64,000 nt of DNA from Bacillota bacterium (GTDB taxonomy: Bacteria; Bacillota; DTU025; MWDF01), in assembly GCA_029565935.1 (NCBI GenBank), contig JAKQNF010000016.1:21889-85888 (forward strand), written 5' to 3'. The stretch's first letter is position 1. Each line of letters opens with the position of its first letter. Made by a program: the position numbers and the translations under genes. Under the pieces are notes generated by a model. That model worked only from the letters and a program-made list of their open reading frames with translations. It searched no databases and was not told where the DNA came from. Below, in pieces: positions 44,043 through 54,066 of this stretch.

Positions 44043-45008
44043 ATGAGCGATTGGAAGCTTCCCAGGACAGAAGGCCACATGGACAGGCCTTCGAGGATAT
44101 ATTTCCAGACGATGACCAAGCATGACGTCGAGGAGAGGCTTAAGGTCAACGACCTCCTTATAGTGCCTATCGGCTCCACCGAGAACCACGGGAAGGCCGG
44201 ACCCTACGGCGAGGACACGTTTTTAGTCACGAGGATGGCAGAGATGGTCGCGGAGAAGACCGGCTGCACCGTGGCCGAACCGCTCTGGTACGGATCCCAT
44301 CCGTTCAAGCACATAGGCCAACCGGGTACAGTCGCCATACCGGACGACGTGTTCACCGCCTATATAAGGTCCATGATATCAGGATTCTGGAATACCGGAT
44401 TCCGCAAACAGATCTTCATCAGCCTGCACGGCCAGGAATACGCAATACCATCTGCTCTGCAGGAATGGGGCAAGAAGTTCCAGGTTCCGGCGGTGCTGGT
44501 CTTCCTGGACCTGCCGAGGATAATGGGACAGGCGCTGATGGACAAGGCGCACGGCGGGCCGTTCGATACCCCGTTCCAGCATGCCGATGAGGCCGAGACT
44601 TCATTGTCGCTCGCGCTTTTCCCCGAGCTTTGCGACATGGCCCATGCTGAGGACACCATCGTCCAGGGCTTCCTGCCGCCGGGTCACGTAGACAGGGGCG
44701 GGGACATATACGGCAATCCGATACCGGGTCACTGCCAGGTCGGTCTCAGCGGCATCGAATGCGTCGAGTATCCGGAAGGAGTGCTCGGCAAGGCCACAAA
44801 GGCAGAGCCCAGGAAAGGCTTCCTGGCAGTCGAGAAGGCCTGTGATTACATGGTCAAGCTGCATAACGACATCATGGCGAAATTCCCGGTGGGCGTTTTG
44901 CCGCCGATAGACATGGTGACCCAAAGGGACAAGGAGACGATCGAAGAGATAATCAAAGGACCGGAAAAAGGAGGCAGACACCTCTACATCCTAGGCTGGC
45001 CGTCCTGA
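44043..45008 (+). CDS. creatininase-family amidohydrolase
   Basis: Start MSDWKLP after GGAGGTGA. Family motif …LLIVPIGSTENHG…; 321 aa. Confidence 0.7.
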   Translation: MSDWKLPRTEGHMDRPSRIYFQTMTKHDVEERLKVNDLLIVPIGSTENHGKAGPYGEDTFLVTRMAEMVAEKTGCTVAEPLWYGSHPFKHIGQPGTVAIPDDVFTAYIRSMISGFWNTGFRKQIFISLHGQEYAIPSALQEWGKKFQVPAVLVFLDLPRIMGQALMDKAHGGPFDTPFQHADEAETSLSLALFPELCDMAHAEDTIVQGFLPPGHVDRGGDIYGNPIPGHCQVGLSGIECVEYPEGVLGKATKAEPRKGFLAVEKACDYMVKLHNDIMAKFPVGVLPPIDMVTQRDKETIEEIIKGPEKGGRHLYILGWPS

Positions 45009-45059
45009 GGAGGGACTTAAGGCGATACGACGACTAACCATCGAAAAGGAGGGGCATCC

Positions 45060-46085
45060 ATGAACAGGAGACTAGTGCTGAAAGTTATGGCTGTGGGCAT
45101 GATCCTAGCCGTGTTCGCGCTGTCCAGCGCAGGCCTGGCGGCTCCAAAATTGATATTGAAGCTAGCTCACGCAGACGCGGTGGACATCACGACCTCCAGG
45201 AAACACGCACAGTGCATAACGTTCGCGAACCTCGTCAACGCGCAGAGCGGCGGCAGGCTGGAAGTCCAGGTATTCGGCGCAGGCCAGCTTGGCGCAGAGA
45301 GAGAGTATGTCGAGGCAGTCCAGGCCGGAACGGTACAAGCCGGCATCGCATCCGGCGTCATCGGCAGCTTCTTCCCGCCAGCGATGATGACCGACATCCC
45401 GTACCTGTTCCCTACGGCCACCGTAGCTTGGAAGGTGCTCGACGGGCCGTTCGGCCAGAAGCTGTCCGACATGTTCCTCGCCCGTACCGGGATGAGGAAC
45501 CTTGCATTCGCAGAGGTCGGCTTCAGGCACTTCACGAACTCCAAGAGGCCCATCAAATCCCCTGCAGACATAAAGGGCCTCAAGATCAGGGTCCAGGAGA
45601 CCCAGGTATACCTAAGGCTCATCAACTCGATGGGCGGCAGCCCGACACCCGTCGCATGGACGGAGACCTACACCGCCCTGCAGACGAAAGTAGTCGATGG
45701 CCAGGAGAACCCGATATCCTCGATAGTCTTCGCCAAGCTGTATGAAGTCCAGAAGTACCTAACGCTGGACGGACATGTCTACGGGGTCGACTGGTTCGTG
45801 ATCAACGAGAAGTTCTTCCAGAGCTTGGACAAGGACCTGCAGGAAATAGTCATGGAAGCCGCGAGGATCTCGGCGACGGTCGGCCGCGGCATGCAGCAGC
45901 TCCTGTCCTCGACCGGGCTTGAGACCTGCCAGAAGGGCGGTATGGAAATCTACCAGCCTACGACGGCAGAGCTCGCGCAGTTCAAGTCGGCGACACAGCA
46001 GCCCGTGATCGACTGGCTCAAGACGCAAGTCGATCCGAACTTGATCAACGAGCTGCTCAAGGCCGTCGATGAGGCATCCAAGTAA
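45060..46085 (+). CDS. dctP: TRAP transporter substrate-binding protein
   Basis: 341 aa with signal peptide; DctP-family architecture, followed by Q and M subunits. Confidence 0.8.
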   Translation: MNRRLVLKVMAVGMILAVFALSSAGLAAPKLILKLAHADAVDITTSRKHAQCITFANLVNAQSGGRLEVQVFGAGQLGAEREYVEAVQAGTVQAGIASGVIGSFFPPAMMTDIPYLFPTATVAWKVLDGPFGQKLSDMFLARTGMRNLAFAEVGFRHFTNSKRPIKSPADIKGLKIRVQETQVYLRLINSMGGSPTPVAWTETYTALQTKVVDGQENPISSIVFAKLYEVQKYLTLDGHVYGVDWFVINEKFFQSLDKDLQEIVMEAARISATVGRGMQQLLSSTGLETCQKGGMEIYQPTTAELAQFKSATQQPVIDWLKTQVDPNLINELLKAVDEASK

Positions 46086-46201
46086 GGCTTGAATCGGCCA
46101 GTAATGCCGGGAAGGGGCGACCCTTCCCGGCCTCCGAGGCATGACGCGCCGCCCTTGGAAGCCTTGTGTGGATAATAAGCAAGGTAAGTGAGGTATTGGC
46201 T

Positions 46202-46684
46202 ATGCGGGTACTTAAGTGGCTGTATGACAATATCAACAGGTTCGTCGATATTCTCATCGTCGTAGTGCTCACACTGATGATAGTCGACGTCTCGGTGGGG
46301 GTGTTCTACCGCTACGTCCTCAATCACGCGATCGCTTGGGTGGAGGAAGTATCTAGGTACCTAATGATTTGGACCGCGTACCTGTCGATGGGGATGGTAT
46401 TGAGGGACGAACAGCACGTGGGGATAGAATTCGTCGTGAACTGGTTCCCTCCTGGCGGAAGGAGGATAATCAAAGTACTGTCGGACATCGTTGTGGAGAT
46501 ATTCCTTTTGGTGGTGATCATCCAGACCATAAAGTACTCCGAGGTCTTGAGCATACAAAGATCACCCGCGCTCGGGATTCCGATGGTATATCCGTATCTG
46601 GCGGTCACAGCCGGAGCCTTCCTAATGTTTATGGAGAACCTGAAACTCATTTACGAATATTGGACGGGCAAAAAGGTCCGATAA
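46202..46684 (+). CDS. dctQ: TRAP transporter small permease
   Basis: 4 TM helices; start chosen at MRVLKWLYDNINRF, the typical DctQ N-terminus. Confidence 0.65.
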   Translation: MRVLKWLYDNINRFVDILIVVVLTLMIVDVSVGVFYRYVLNHAIAWVEEVSRYLMIWTAYLSMGMVLRDEQHVGIEFVVNWFPPGGRRIIKVLSDIVVEIFLLVVIIQTIKYSEVLSIQRSPALGIPMVYPYLAVTAGAFLMFMENLKLIYEYWTGKKVR

Positions 46685-46708
46685 GCACGGAAGGAGTGCC
46701 GTTGAACC

Positions 46709-47989
46709 ATGGCTTATGGATTTTTTGCGTTCTTCGTGACCATGCTGGCCGGCATACCCATAGGATTCGGCCTGGGCATAGGTTCGTTGGTCACATTGCT
46801 CGTAAAAGGGTATTCGTTGAGCACGATAGCGGCGAGGATGTTCACGGGCGTGGACAACTTCCCTATCATGGCGATACCCTTCTTCTGCATAGCCGGTGAC
46901 CTTATGAGTGAAACCGGCATAACACAAAGGCTGGTCAAGTTCGCAGATACCCTGGTCGGTCACATTAGGGGCGGTCTGGGGCACGTGAACGTCGTTGCGG
47001 AGTGCTTCTTCTCCGGCATCACGGGCTCTGCCATCGCCGACGCTTCCGCGCTTGGTTCGATGCTCATCCCGTCCATGGTGGAGAAGGGTTTCGATGTGGG
47101 CTTCAGCGCCGCTGTCGTAGCTTCGGCCTCGGTCATCGGCCCGATCATCCCGCCCAGCATACCGTTCGTCGTCTACGGGCTTATAACGGGCACTTCCGTC
47201 GGAGGCCTGTTCATGGCCGGGATGGTGCCGGGCATCCTCCTTGCGATAGGGCTGATGATAGTCATCTACATCATATCCGTCAGGAGAGGATATCCGGCCA
47301 ACGCTAAAAGAGCCACGCTGAAAGAGGTGTTCACGGCTACCTATAAGGCGATGGTGGCGCTGATGATGCCGATAATAATACTCGGAGGCATCATGCTGGG
47401 CATATTCACCGCCACTGAAGCATCCGCGGTCGCCGTCGTCTACGCGCTGGTCATAGGCTTCATAGTCTATAGGAACCTCGATATCAAGAGGATCCCGAAG
47501 CTCTTACTGAACTCATCCAGGACTATGGGAATTGTGTTCCTCGTCATGGCGACGGCCAACATATTCAACTGGCTGATGGCCATAGAGCAGGTCCCGCAGA
47601 AGGTGTCCATGGCCCTTACATCCCACGTTACGAGCCCTGCGATGCTGCTTCTCATCATCAACGCGGTGCTCTTGGTGCTCGGCTGTTTCATGGAGGGGAC
47701 CGCCGCTATGATCCTCACGGTGCCGATAATACTCGAGATCATGAAGGGCTCGGGCATACATCCCATCATGCTAGGCATCATAGTGGTCCTGAACCTCATG
47801 ATAGGCCTGATAACTCCGCCGCTCGGGCTGAGCCTCTACGTGAGCTGCAGCATGGCGAAGATCTCCCTGGACAGGATATCCAGGCAGATATGGCCGTTCG
47901 TCATCGTCGAGGTCATAGTGCTCCTGCTCGTCACCTACATCGAGCCGCTGAGCATGTGGCTGCCGAGGCTAACCGGATTCGCAAGATGA
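46709..47989 (+). CDS. dctM: TRAP transporter large permease
   Basis: 426 aa, 12 TM helices; typical DctM N-terminus MAYGFFAFFVTMLAGIPIGFGLGIGSL. Confidence 0.8.
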   Translation: MAYGFFAFFVTMLAGIPIGFGLGIGSLVTLLVKGYSLSTIAARMFTGVDNFPIMAIPFFCIAGDLMSETGITQRLVKFADTLVGHIRGGLGHVNVVAECFFSGITGSAIADASALGSMLIPSMVEKGFDVGFSAAVVASASVIGPIIPPSIPFVVYGLITGTSVGGLFMAGMVPGILLAIGLMIVIYIISVRRGYPANAKRATLKEVFTATYKAMVALMMPIIILGGIMLGIFTATEASAVAVVYALVIGFIVYRNLDIKRIPKLLLNSSRTMGIVFLVMATANIFNWLMAIEQVPQKVSMALTSHVTSPAMLLLIINAVLLVLGCFMEGTAAMILTVPIILEIMKGSGIHPIMLGIIVVLNLMIGLITPPLGLSLYVSCSMAKISLDRISRQIWPFVIVEVIVLLLVTYIEPLSMWLPRLTGFAR

Positions 47990-48034
47990 AAATCGCGGGA
48001 TCTGAGCGAATTTATCTGAAGGGATGATGTCACG

Positions 48035-49066
48035 ATGAAAGCTATAGTGAAATACAGCGCAGAGCCCGGCGACATGAGGGTCATGGACGTACCAGTGCCC
48101 AAACCGGGACCCGGAGAAGTGCTGGTCAAGATCAAGGCTACGGGCATCTGCTACAGCGACGTATCCATCCTCGACGGCAAGTACAAGGGGCGCAAGCCCG
48201 TCCCGTATCCTGTGATAATGGGCCACGAGGGAGCTGGCGTAGTGGCCGAGCTCGGCTTCGGGGCGGATGACGTCAAGGTGGGGGACAGGATCGGATTCGA
48301 GGTCCTCTACGGTTGCGGGAAGTGCGAGAACTGCAGGAATGGCAACAAGAACATGTGCTCGGACTGGAACCATTACGGCATTACCGCGAACGGCACATTC
48401 GCGGAGTACATAGTAATCAAGTCGGAGCTAGCCCACAAGCTGCCGGATTCGGTCGATTTCGCCGATGCGGCGTTCCTGGAGCCGATGAGCCTTACCGTAA
48501 GGTCTCTCAGCCACGTGAAGCCGTTGGTCGGTGACACGGCCGCGATAATCGGCCCGGGCTCCATCGGACTGCTGCACTTGCAGGCGCTCAAGGCCTCAGG
48601 CTGCGCGAAGGTCATCATGATCGGCATAGAAAAGGATGAATACAGGTTCGAAGTGGCCAAGAGGCTGGGCGCAGACCATTGCATAACCATCGGCAGGGAG
48701 GATCCCGTGGCGAAGGTGAGGGAATACACGAACGGGCTCGGGGCCGACATCGTGATCGAGACGGCCAACCATCCTTCGGCAATCGGACTCGCCATCGACG
48801 TTGCCGCCTCGAAAGGGCGCATCTCCGCTTTCGGGCTCTATCCCGAGGCCACCATAAGGCCCATACAGGTGATACGCGAGGGCCTTACGATCTATGGGGA
48901 TGTAGCGCTGCTGCAGAAGCACTTCCTGCGCGCGATCAGGTGGGTGGAATACAAGAAAGTGCTCGCGACGCCCATCATAACCAAGAGGTTCAAGCTGGAA
49001 CAAGCTGCGGAGGCCGTCGCTGCTTTCAGGCAAGGGGACGTGGTGAAGGTCCTCTTCGAGCTATAA
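48035..49066 (+). CDS. Zn-dependent medium-chain alcohol/polyol dehydrogenase (sorbitol/threonine dehydrogenase-like)
   Basis: GHEGAGVV catalytic zinc motif, CGKCENC structural zinc site, GPGSIGL NAD fold. Confidence 0.8.
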   Translation: MKAIVKYSAEPGDMRVMDVPVPKPGPGEVLVKIKATGICYSDVSILDGKYKGRKPVPYPVIMGHEGAGVVAELGFGADDVKVGDRIGFEVLYGCGKCENCRNGNKNMCSDWNHYGITANGTFAEYIVIKSELAHKLPDSVDFADAAFLEPMSLTVRSLSHVKPLVGDTAAIIGPGSIGLLHLQALKASGCAKVIMIGIEKDEYRFEVAKRLGADHCITIGREDPVAKVREYTNGLGADIVIETANHPSAIGLAIDVAASKGRISAFGLYPEATIRPIQVIREGLTIYGDVALLQKHFLRAIRWVEYKKVLATPIITKRFKLEQAAEAVAAFRQGDVVKVLFEL

Positions 49067-49138
49067 GGATCATAAAGATGGCAATAGACCGAGACCGTCC
49101 AACCTTTTTGGTGCGGGCGGCCTCGGTCTATTAGGAAT

Positions 49139-49957
49139 CTACTGTCGTTTTTCGCAAGCTTTCATATACGCGAGGCTCTTCCTTACGATCGTGAGCGGGT
49201 CGGGATCGAAATCAAAAGCCTCCAGCGAAACGAAGCCCTTGTAACCCGAGTCCTCGAGCGCTTGCATTATGGGTACGAAATCGACGTCGCCGAAGCCGGG
49301 CCCTTTCATGTTGGAGTCGTTGGCATGGAAATGGTCGAACATGCCGGAGTATTTCATGATGACGCCGGCTACATCCTTGGTCTCGGCGCAGACGCTCTTG
49401 ACGTCCAGCATGAAGCTTATGCCGGGATGGTCGACCTTCGCGGTTATTCGCACCGCTTCTTTTACCGTCTCCATCAGGTTGGTCATCGAGGGAGGCAAAG
49501 GCTCCACGCAGAACTTGACACCCCGCTCCACGGCCCTGTCACCCACGCGCCTGAGAACCTCCACGAACAGCTCCTCTGCCTCTTCGCGGTCCATGCCCTC
49601 GGGTACGTTCCTTTGGTTGGGGGATCCGAACGTGAGGACCTTGCCGCCTATGTCGGCACAGAAGTCCACCTGATGAAGCAGGTAGTCGGCGGTGAACCGG
49701 CTTACCTTCGGGTCTTCGGAGAAAAGGTTCATGCCCCCGGGCCTTACCAGCAGCCAATGCGTCCCTACTATATCAAGACCGTAATCCTTGGCGGTCCTGG
49801 AGATGGCGAACCTCTCCGATGATCCCAGGTCCCTTACATCATACTTGAACGTGTACGGGGCCACCTCGATACCAGCATAACCCTCTTCCCGGGCTATGCG
49901 GCATATCCCTTCCCATTTCCATCCCTCGAACATCTCGTTGCAGAAGGAGAACTTCAT
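49139..49957 (-). CDS. sugar phosphate isomerase/epimerase (xylose-isomerase-like TIM barrel)
   Basis: Start at MKFSFCNEMF…; 272 aa. Confidence 0.7.
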   Translation of the reverse strand: MKFSFCNEMFEGWKWEGICRIAREEGYAGIEVAPYTFKYDVRDLGSSERFAISRTAKDYGLDIVGTHWLLVRPGGMNLFSEDPKVSRFTADYLLHQVDFCADIGGKVLTFGSPNQRNVPEGMDREEAEELFVEVLRRVGDRAVERGVKFCVEPLPPSMTNLMETVKEAVRITAKVDHPGISFMLDVKSVCAETKDVAGVIMKYSGMFDHFHANDSNMKGPGFGDVDFVPIMQALEDSGYKGFVSLEAFDFDPDPLTIVRKSLAYMKACEKRQ

Positions 49958-50832
49958 GGGATGAGCCCCCTTTCGGCCAGCATCCTGTTCCATGCGTCAA
50001 GGCATTCCCTGGAGGCTTCCTCACCGCCTTCGGAGAACGAGTAGCCCATGGGCCTGTGAAGGAGCTCGGTCGATATGGCCGCGGCCTTCCTGTAATGCGT
50101 CTCCAGCGACGCCCAGCCCTCGTAAGCGTCATCGGCCAGTCGCTCGAACAGGTCCGGGAAGTTGACTTCTCCTTCGCCAAGAAGCACCGATTCCGGCTCC
50201 AGGCCCGCTTCCCTCCTGATTACGTCCTTGACGTGGATGTGCTTCATCCATGGCTTCATACGTTCGTATCCATCGGGGAAGGGCCTTTCGCCCTCAGGGT
50301 CGTAGATGTTGTTCCCCGGATCGAAAAGTGCCTGTATGTGTTCGGATGCGACCTTCTTGAGGATTACTTCCAGTTTTTGGGTCGTGCCGGCGGACGTCGC
50401 CGGATCGTACTCTATGACCAGTTGCATGTCCTTCTTCGACAGCAGCTTCTCCGCTTCCTTCAGCTTCTCCACTATGGCGGGTACGCTGTCGGAAAATCCC
50501 CCTTCGGCCCAGAACGTGAATCCTCTTATCAGCTTTGCGCCAAAAAGATCGGCCATTTCCATGCAACGCTTCAGGATGGCAAGGTGTGCTTCGAACTCCG
50601 ACTGCGAATGCAGCTTGCACTTGAACACGGGCGCCGCTATGCAAGGTACCAGGAGGTCCTTTGCGTCCAGAACGGCTTTTATCTCCCTAAGCTCAGAATC
50701 AGAGAGGTCCTGCGGGGCCTTGCCCCATACGGACCTAAGCTCGGCCCCGTCCATCCCGTACTCGCACATGACTTCAGCCGCTCTTCTTATGTCCTGCGAT
50801 ATCTCGTCGGTGATCACCGCTCGTTTGAACAT
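49954..50832 (-). CDS. sugar phosphate isomerase/epimerase (xylose-isomerase-like TIM barrel), second copy
   Basis: 292 aa; 4-nt overlap with the downstream paralog. Confidence 0.7.
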   Translation of the reverse strand: MFKRAVITDEISQDIRRAAEVMCEYGMDGAELRSVWGKAPQDLSDSELREIKAVLDAKDLLVPCIAAPVFKCKLHSQSEFEAHLAILKRCMEMADLFGAKLIRGFTFWAEGGFSDSVPAIVEKLKEAEKLLSKKDMQLVIEYDPATSAGTTQKLEVILKKVASEHIQALFDPGNNIYDPEGERPFPDGYERMKPWMKHIHVKDVIRREAGLEPESVLLGEGEVNFPDLFERLADDAYEGWASLETHYRKAAAISTELLHRPMGYSFSEGGEEASRECLDAWNRMLAERGLIP

Positions 50833-50877
50833 GTCTTCCTCCTGCCTGATTATGTCTTACTAAGGAGAAGGCGGCCG

Positions 50878-52386
50878 TTAAGCCGCCTTCGCAGGATTCT
50901 TCTTGAAAAGGCCCTTGACCAGGCCAGGCAGAGGGCTCCTTGAGATTATGACCAGCAGGGTCATTCCCCAGAGCACCATGCAGATCGGCCTCGTGAAGAA
51001 GGGCAGGATGCTTCCGTTCTTGAGTATCAGGGCCCTCCTTAGGTTCTCGTCGGCCATCGGACCCAGGATGAATCCGAGGACCAGGGGCGCCGCCGGGAAG
51101 TCGTTGCTCCTCATGAAATAGCCGATCACACCGAAAAGGAGCATGAGCTTCACGTCGAACAACCTTCCGTTGATCGCGTACGAACCTACGGCACACAGGG
51201 TGAATATTATCGGCATCAGTATGTTCCTGGGCACTTGCAGCACTTTGACGAGCGGCCTTACGAAGGACAGGCCCAGCAGTGTCATGCTGATGGTGGCCAG
51301 GAAGAAGATCGCGGTCACTGTGGCTATGAACTGGGGCTGTTCTATTGGAAGAAGCGGCCCTGGCCTTATGCCGTGCAGCCACATCGCCGCAAGCAGTACT
51401 GCAGCTGGGGCGCTTCCCGGTATGGCGAGCGTTAGGACCGGGATGATGGCGCCGCCTATGCATGCGTTATTTCCGGTCTCCGATGCTATGAGCCCCTCGT
51501 AAGAGCCTTTGCCGAACTCCTCGGGATGCTTGCTTCCGCGTTTGGCGAAATCGTACGAGATCCAGGCCGCGGTGTCCTCTCCCACGCCGGGGATAGCACC
51601 TACGATGACCCCGATGACACCGGAGCGGATGATCGTCTTCCAATAGCGGAAGATGTCCTTGAGTTCCGGGATGATCCGTGCCACCTTCGTCCTTACCGTG
51701 TAGTCTACTGGCAGCTTCATGACGCCGATGATCTCCGAGACGCCGTAGACTCCCACGAGCACCGGTATCAAGGAAAGGCCGCCGGTCATGTCTATCGACC
51801 CGAAGGAGAACCTCGCGTAGGCTTGTATCGATTCTTGTCCTATCTGCGACAGAAGGAGTCCCAGTATGCCGGCTATCCAACCTTTTAGCGGGTCCTTGGG
51901 CGCCGTGAGGTTGCCGCATATGACTATGCCGAATATCGCCAGCACGAAGAACTCCCATGATTTGAAGCTCAACGCTATGTCTCCAAGCATGGGCGAGAAG
52001 ATAGCCAGGCATATGAGCCCGAAGAACGTGCCTATCGCAGAGCTTACCGTAGCAAGCCCCATCGCATAGCCTGCTTTGCCGGCCCATGCAAGTGGGTTCC
52101 CGTCCAGACAGGTTGCGGCGTTCGCGGGCGTGCCTGGAATGTTCAGCAATATTGCAGACCTGGAACCGCCATATATCGCACCGACATATACGCTTATAAG
52201 GATCACTATCACCTGGTCGGTGGCGAAACGGAATGTCAACCCGGTCAATAGCGCCACGCCCATCGTCGCCGTTAGTCCGGGCAGCATGCCGACGATTATT
52301 CCGAAGCCGGTGGCCCAGAAGGCATTGAATACCGTCTGCGGCGTCATAAGCTTTAAAAACTCGATTATGAAAGCGGATATACTCAT
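50878..52386 (-). CDS. tctA: tripartite tricarboxylate transporter, large permease
   Basis: 502 aa polytopic; TctA-type repeated GxxxG-rich helices. Confidence 0.8.
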   Translation of the reverse strand: MSISAFIIEFLKLMTPQTVFNAFWATGFGIIVGMLPGLTATMGVALLTGLTFRFATDQVIVILISVYVGAIYGGSRSAILLNIPGTPANAATCLDGNPLAWAGKAGYAMGLATVSSAIGTFFGLICLAIFSPMLGDIALSFKSWEFFVLAIFGIVICGNLTAPKDPLKGWIAGILGLLLSQIGQESIQAYARFSFGSIDMTGGLSLIPVLVGVYGVSEIIGVMKLPVDYTVRTKVARIIPELKDIFRYWKTIIRSGVIGVIVGAIPGVGEDTAAWISYDFAKRGSKHPEEFGKGSYEGLIASETGNNACIGGAIIPVLTLAIPGSAPAAVLLAAMWLHGIRPGPLLPIEQPQFIATVTAIFFLATISMTLLGLSFVRPLVKVLQVPRNILMPIIFTLCAVGSYAINGRLFDVKLMLLFGVIGYFMRSNDFPAAPLVLGFILGPMADENLRRALILKNGSILPFFTRPICMVLWGMTLLVIISRSPLPGLVKGLFKKNPAKAA

Positions 52387-52406
52387 TTTTATGCCCCCTT
52401 TCCGGC

Positions 52407-52916
52407 CTACGGCAGCACTACTAGGAATATCTTCTCGAACGCGAGCCAGACGCCCACTGCGGTCACGGCCCCGATGAGGAGGGATTTCACGATCCCGCCG
52501 CCCTTGAAAGCAAGGATGAACCCCGCGACGTAAAGGCCGGTGGAGATCATGTAAGGAAGTCTTCCCATGAGAATAAAAATGTATACGGCGGCAAGGCCGA
52601 TCGTAATGATGATCCGCTTCCAGGCGGGCTCCTTGTTGAGCTTCTCGCTCTGATCCTGCTTCTCACAGCCGTTCTCGGCGGCCTCATCGCCCGCCTGCTC
52701 TTCTAAAGATCTATAGAAGCTCTTCGAAAATACGGCCCGTAGAAGCAGTATGAGTCCTGTGATCAATAGCAGTATGGACAGCATTAGGGGCACGAGCCCC
52801 GGGGCCGCGATTATTCCCCACTCCGAACCGTACCACGGCATCATGAGGCTCATCACCGCGAAGGCGCCAGCTACTGCCACGATTAGTATTCCGAAGATTA
52901 TGTCTGTACGGCGCAT
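52407..52916 (-). CDS. tctB: tripartite tricarboxylate transporter, small subunit
   Basis: 169 aa, 4 TM helices, positioned between tctC and tctA. Confidence 0.6.
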   Translation of the reverse strand: MRRTDIIFGILIVAVAGAFAVMSLMMPWYGSEWGIIAAPGLVPLMLSILLLITGLILLLRAVFSKSFYRSLEEQAGDEAAENGCEKQDQSEKLNKEPAWKRIIITIGLAAVYIFILMGRLPYMISTGLYVAGFILAFKGGGIVKSLLIGAVTAVGVWLAFEKIFLVVLP

Positions 52917-52987
52917 ATGGCATCACCTCTGAAAAAGTGCGCGGCGATTTTTCAGGACCGCCGCGCACCTGATTGAGATCCGGTTAT

Positions 52988-53986
52988 TTACTTTGCCCTG
53001 GGTATCGCAAACTTCTCCGGCGATGTCTTAATCACACCGTTGTCATAAAGGACCCAGCATATGAGGGATGCGGCTTCGTCGGATATCCTGTCGGCCTCCG
53101 CCCCGTAGATGCAGACGGGCTTCGCGCCCTTGCTTATCGCGAAATCCTTGACCGCCTTGGAATTACAGGCGACCTTGAACGCGTCGATTATGCCCTGGTT
53201 GGCCTCCGCGGGGATGTCCTTGGGAGCGAAGAGGCCGAAGTACGAACCGACGGTCGGAAGGTTCGGTATCCACTTGGTAATGGCGGGTATGGTGCCGTAG
53301 CCTTCTACCTCGAGGGGCTCCTTGTCCATTACGGCAAGGGCTCTGAGCTGCTTGGCCCTGAGCATCTCCACAACTTCCATGGACAACTGCATGACCACTT
53401 CGACCTCACCCGACACGGTGGCCGTAACGGCAGGCGCTCCGCCGGCGTAGGGTACGTGAGTATAGGCGAATCCCGTAGCGGCCTTGAAGAACTCGGCAGC
53501 CTGGTGTCCGCCGGCACCGACCCCTGCGGAACCTACGGTGACTTTCCTGGCCTTCATTGTTGCGAGCAGGTCGGGGATGTCCTTTATCTTGGAATCCGCG
53601 CCCACGCAGATCACGTTGGGCGTGAATACCGCAAGGTAGCTGTTGTATTCCTTGTGGCTGTTGGGCAGCAGTTCCATCGCCTGGTACGTCACGATCGAGT
53701 TGGTCGCGTTGCCGCTTAGCGTATAGCCATCATGCGGCGCTTCGAACATGTTCTTGGTCCCGATGGCGCCAGAACCTCCGGGGGTGTTCGTGATGCTGAT
53801 GCGAACTCCCAGGGGCTTTTCCATCTCGGAGGCCACCATGCGGGCCGTCAGGTCCGACGCTCCGCCGGGATTCCACGGTACTATTACGTTGAGGTTCTTG
53901 GCCGGTTTCCATGCCGCGATGGCTCCAGATGCGAAGACCGCTAATAACACGAGGGTTGCGACGATGCGGAAGATGCCTTTCTTCAC
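52988..53986 (-). CDS. tctC: tripartite tricarboxylate transporter substrate-binding protein (Bug family)
   Basis: GTG start 10 nt after GGAG gives VKKGIFRIVATLVLLAVFASGAIAA (signal peptide). The longer upstream frame is rejected. Confidence 0.75.
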   Translation of the reverse strand: MKKGIFRIVATLVLLAVFASGAIAAWKPAKNLNVIVPWNPGGASDLTARMVASEMEKPLGVRISITNTPGGSGAIGTKNMFEAPHDGYTLSGNATNSIVTYQAMELLPNSHKEYNSYLAVFTPNVICVGADSKIKDIPDLLATMKARKVTVGSAGVGAGGHQAAEFFKAATGFAYTHVPYAGGAPAVTATVSGEVEVVMQLSMEVVEMLRAKQLRALAVMDKEPLEVEGYGTIPAITKWIPNLPTVGSYFGLFAPKDIPAEANQGIIDAFKVACNSKAVKDFAISKGAKPVCIYGAEADRISDEAASLICWVLYDNGVIKTSPEKFAIPRAK

Positions 53987-54066
53987 TTCTTTACAGCTCC
54001 TCTCAGGTATTTTTAGCGTATGTTGGGTCGACTTTCGACGATGCGCTAACCTGGGACTCAGTTGCT

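Noticed and set aside
45060-48000. Interpreting the DctPQM/Zn-ADH/SDR/Ldh_2 set as a sulfolactate/DHPS desulfonation pathway
   Set aside because: No sulfo-lyase (SuyAB), Xsc, CuyA or glycyl-radical desulfonating enzyme is present in the operon. Recorded only as a loose resemblance inside the broader unknown-pathway finding.
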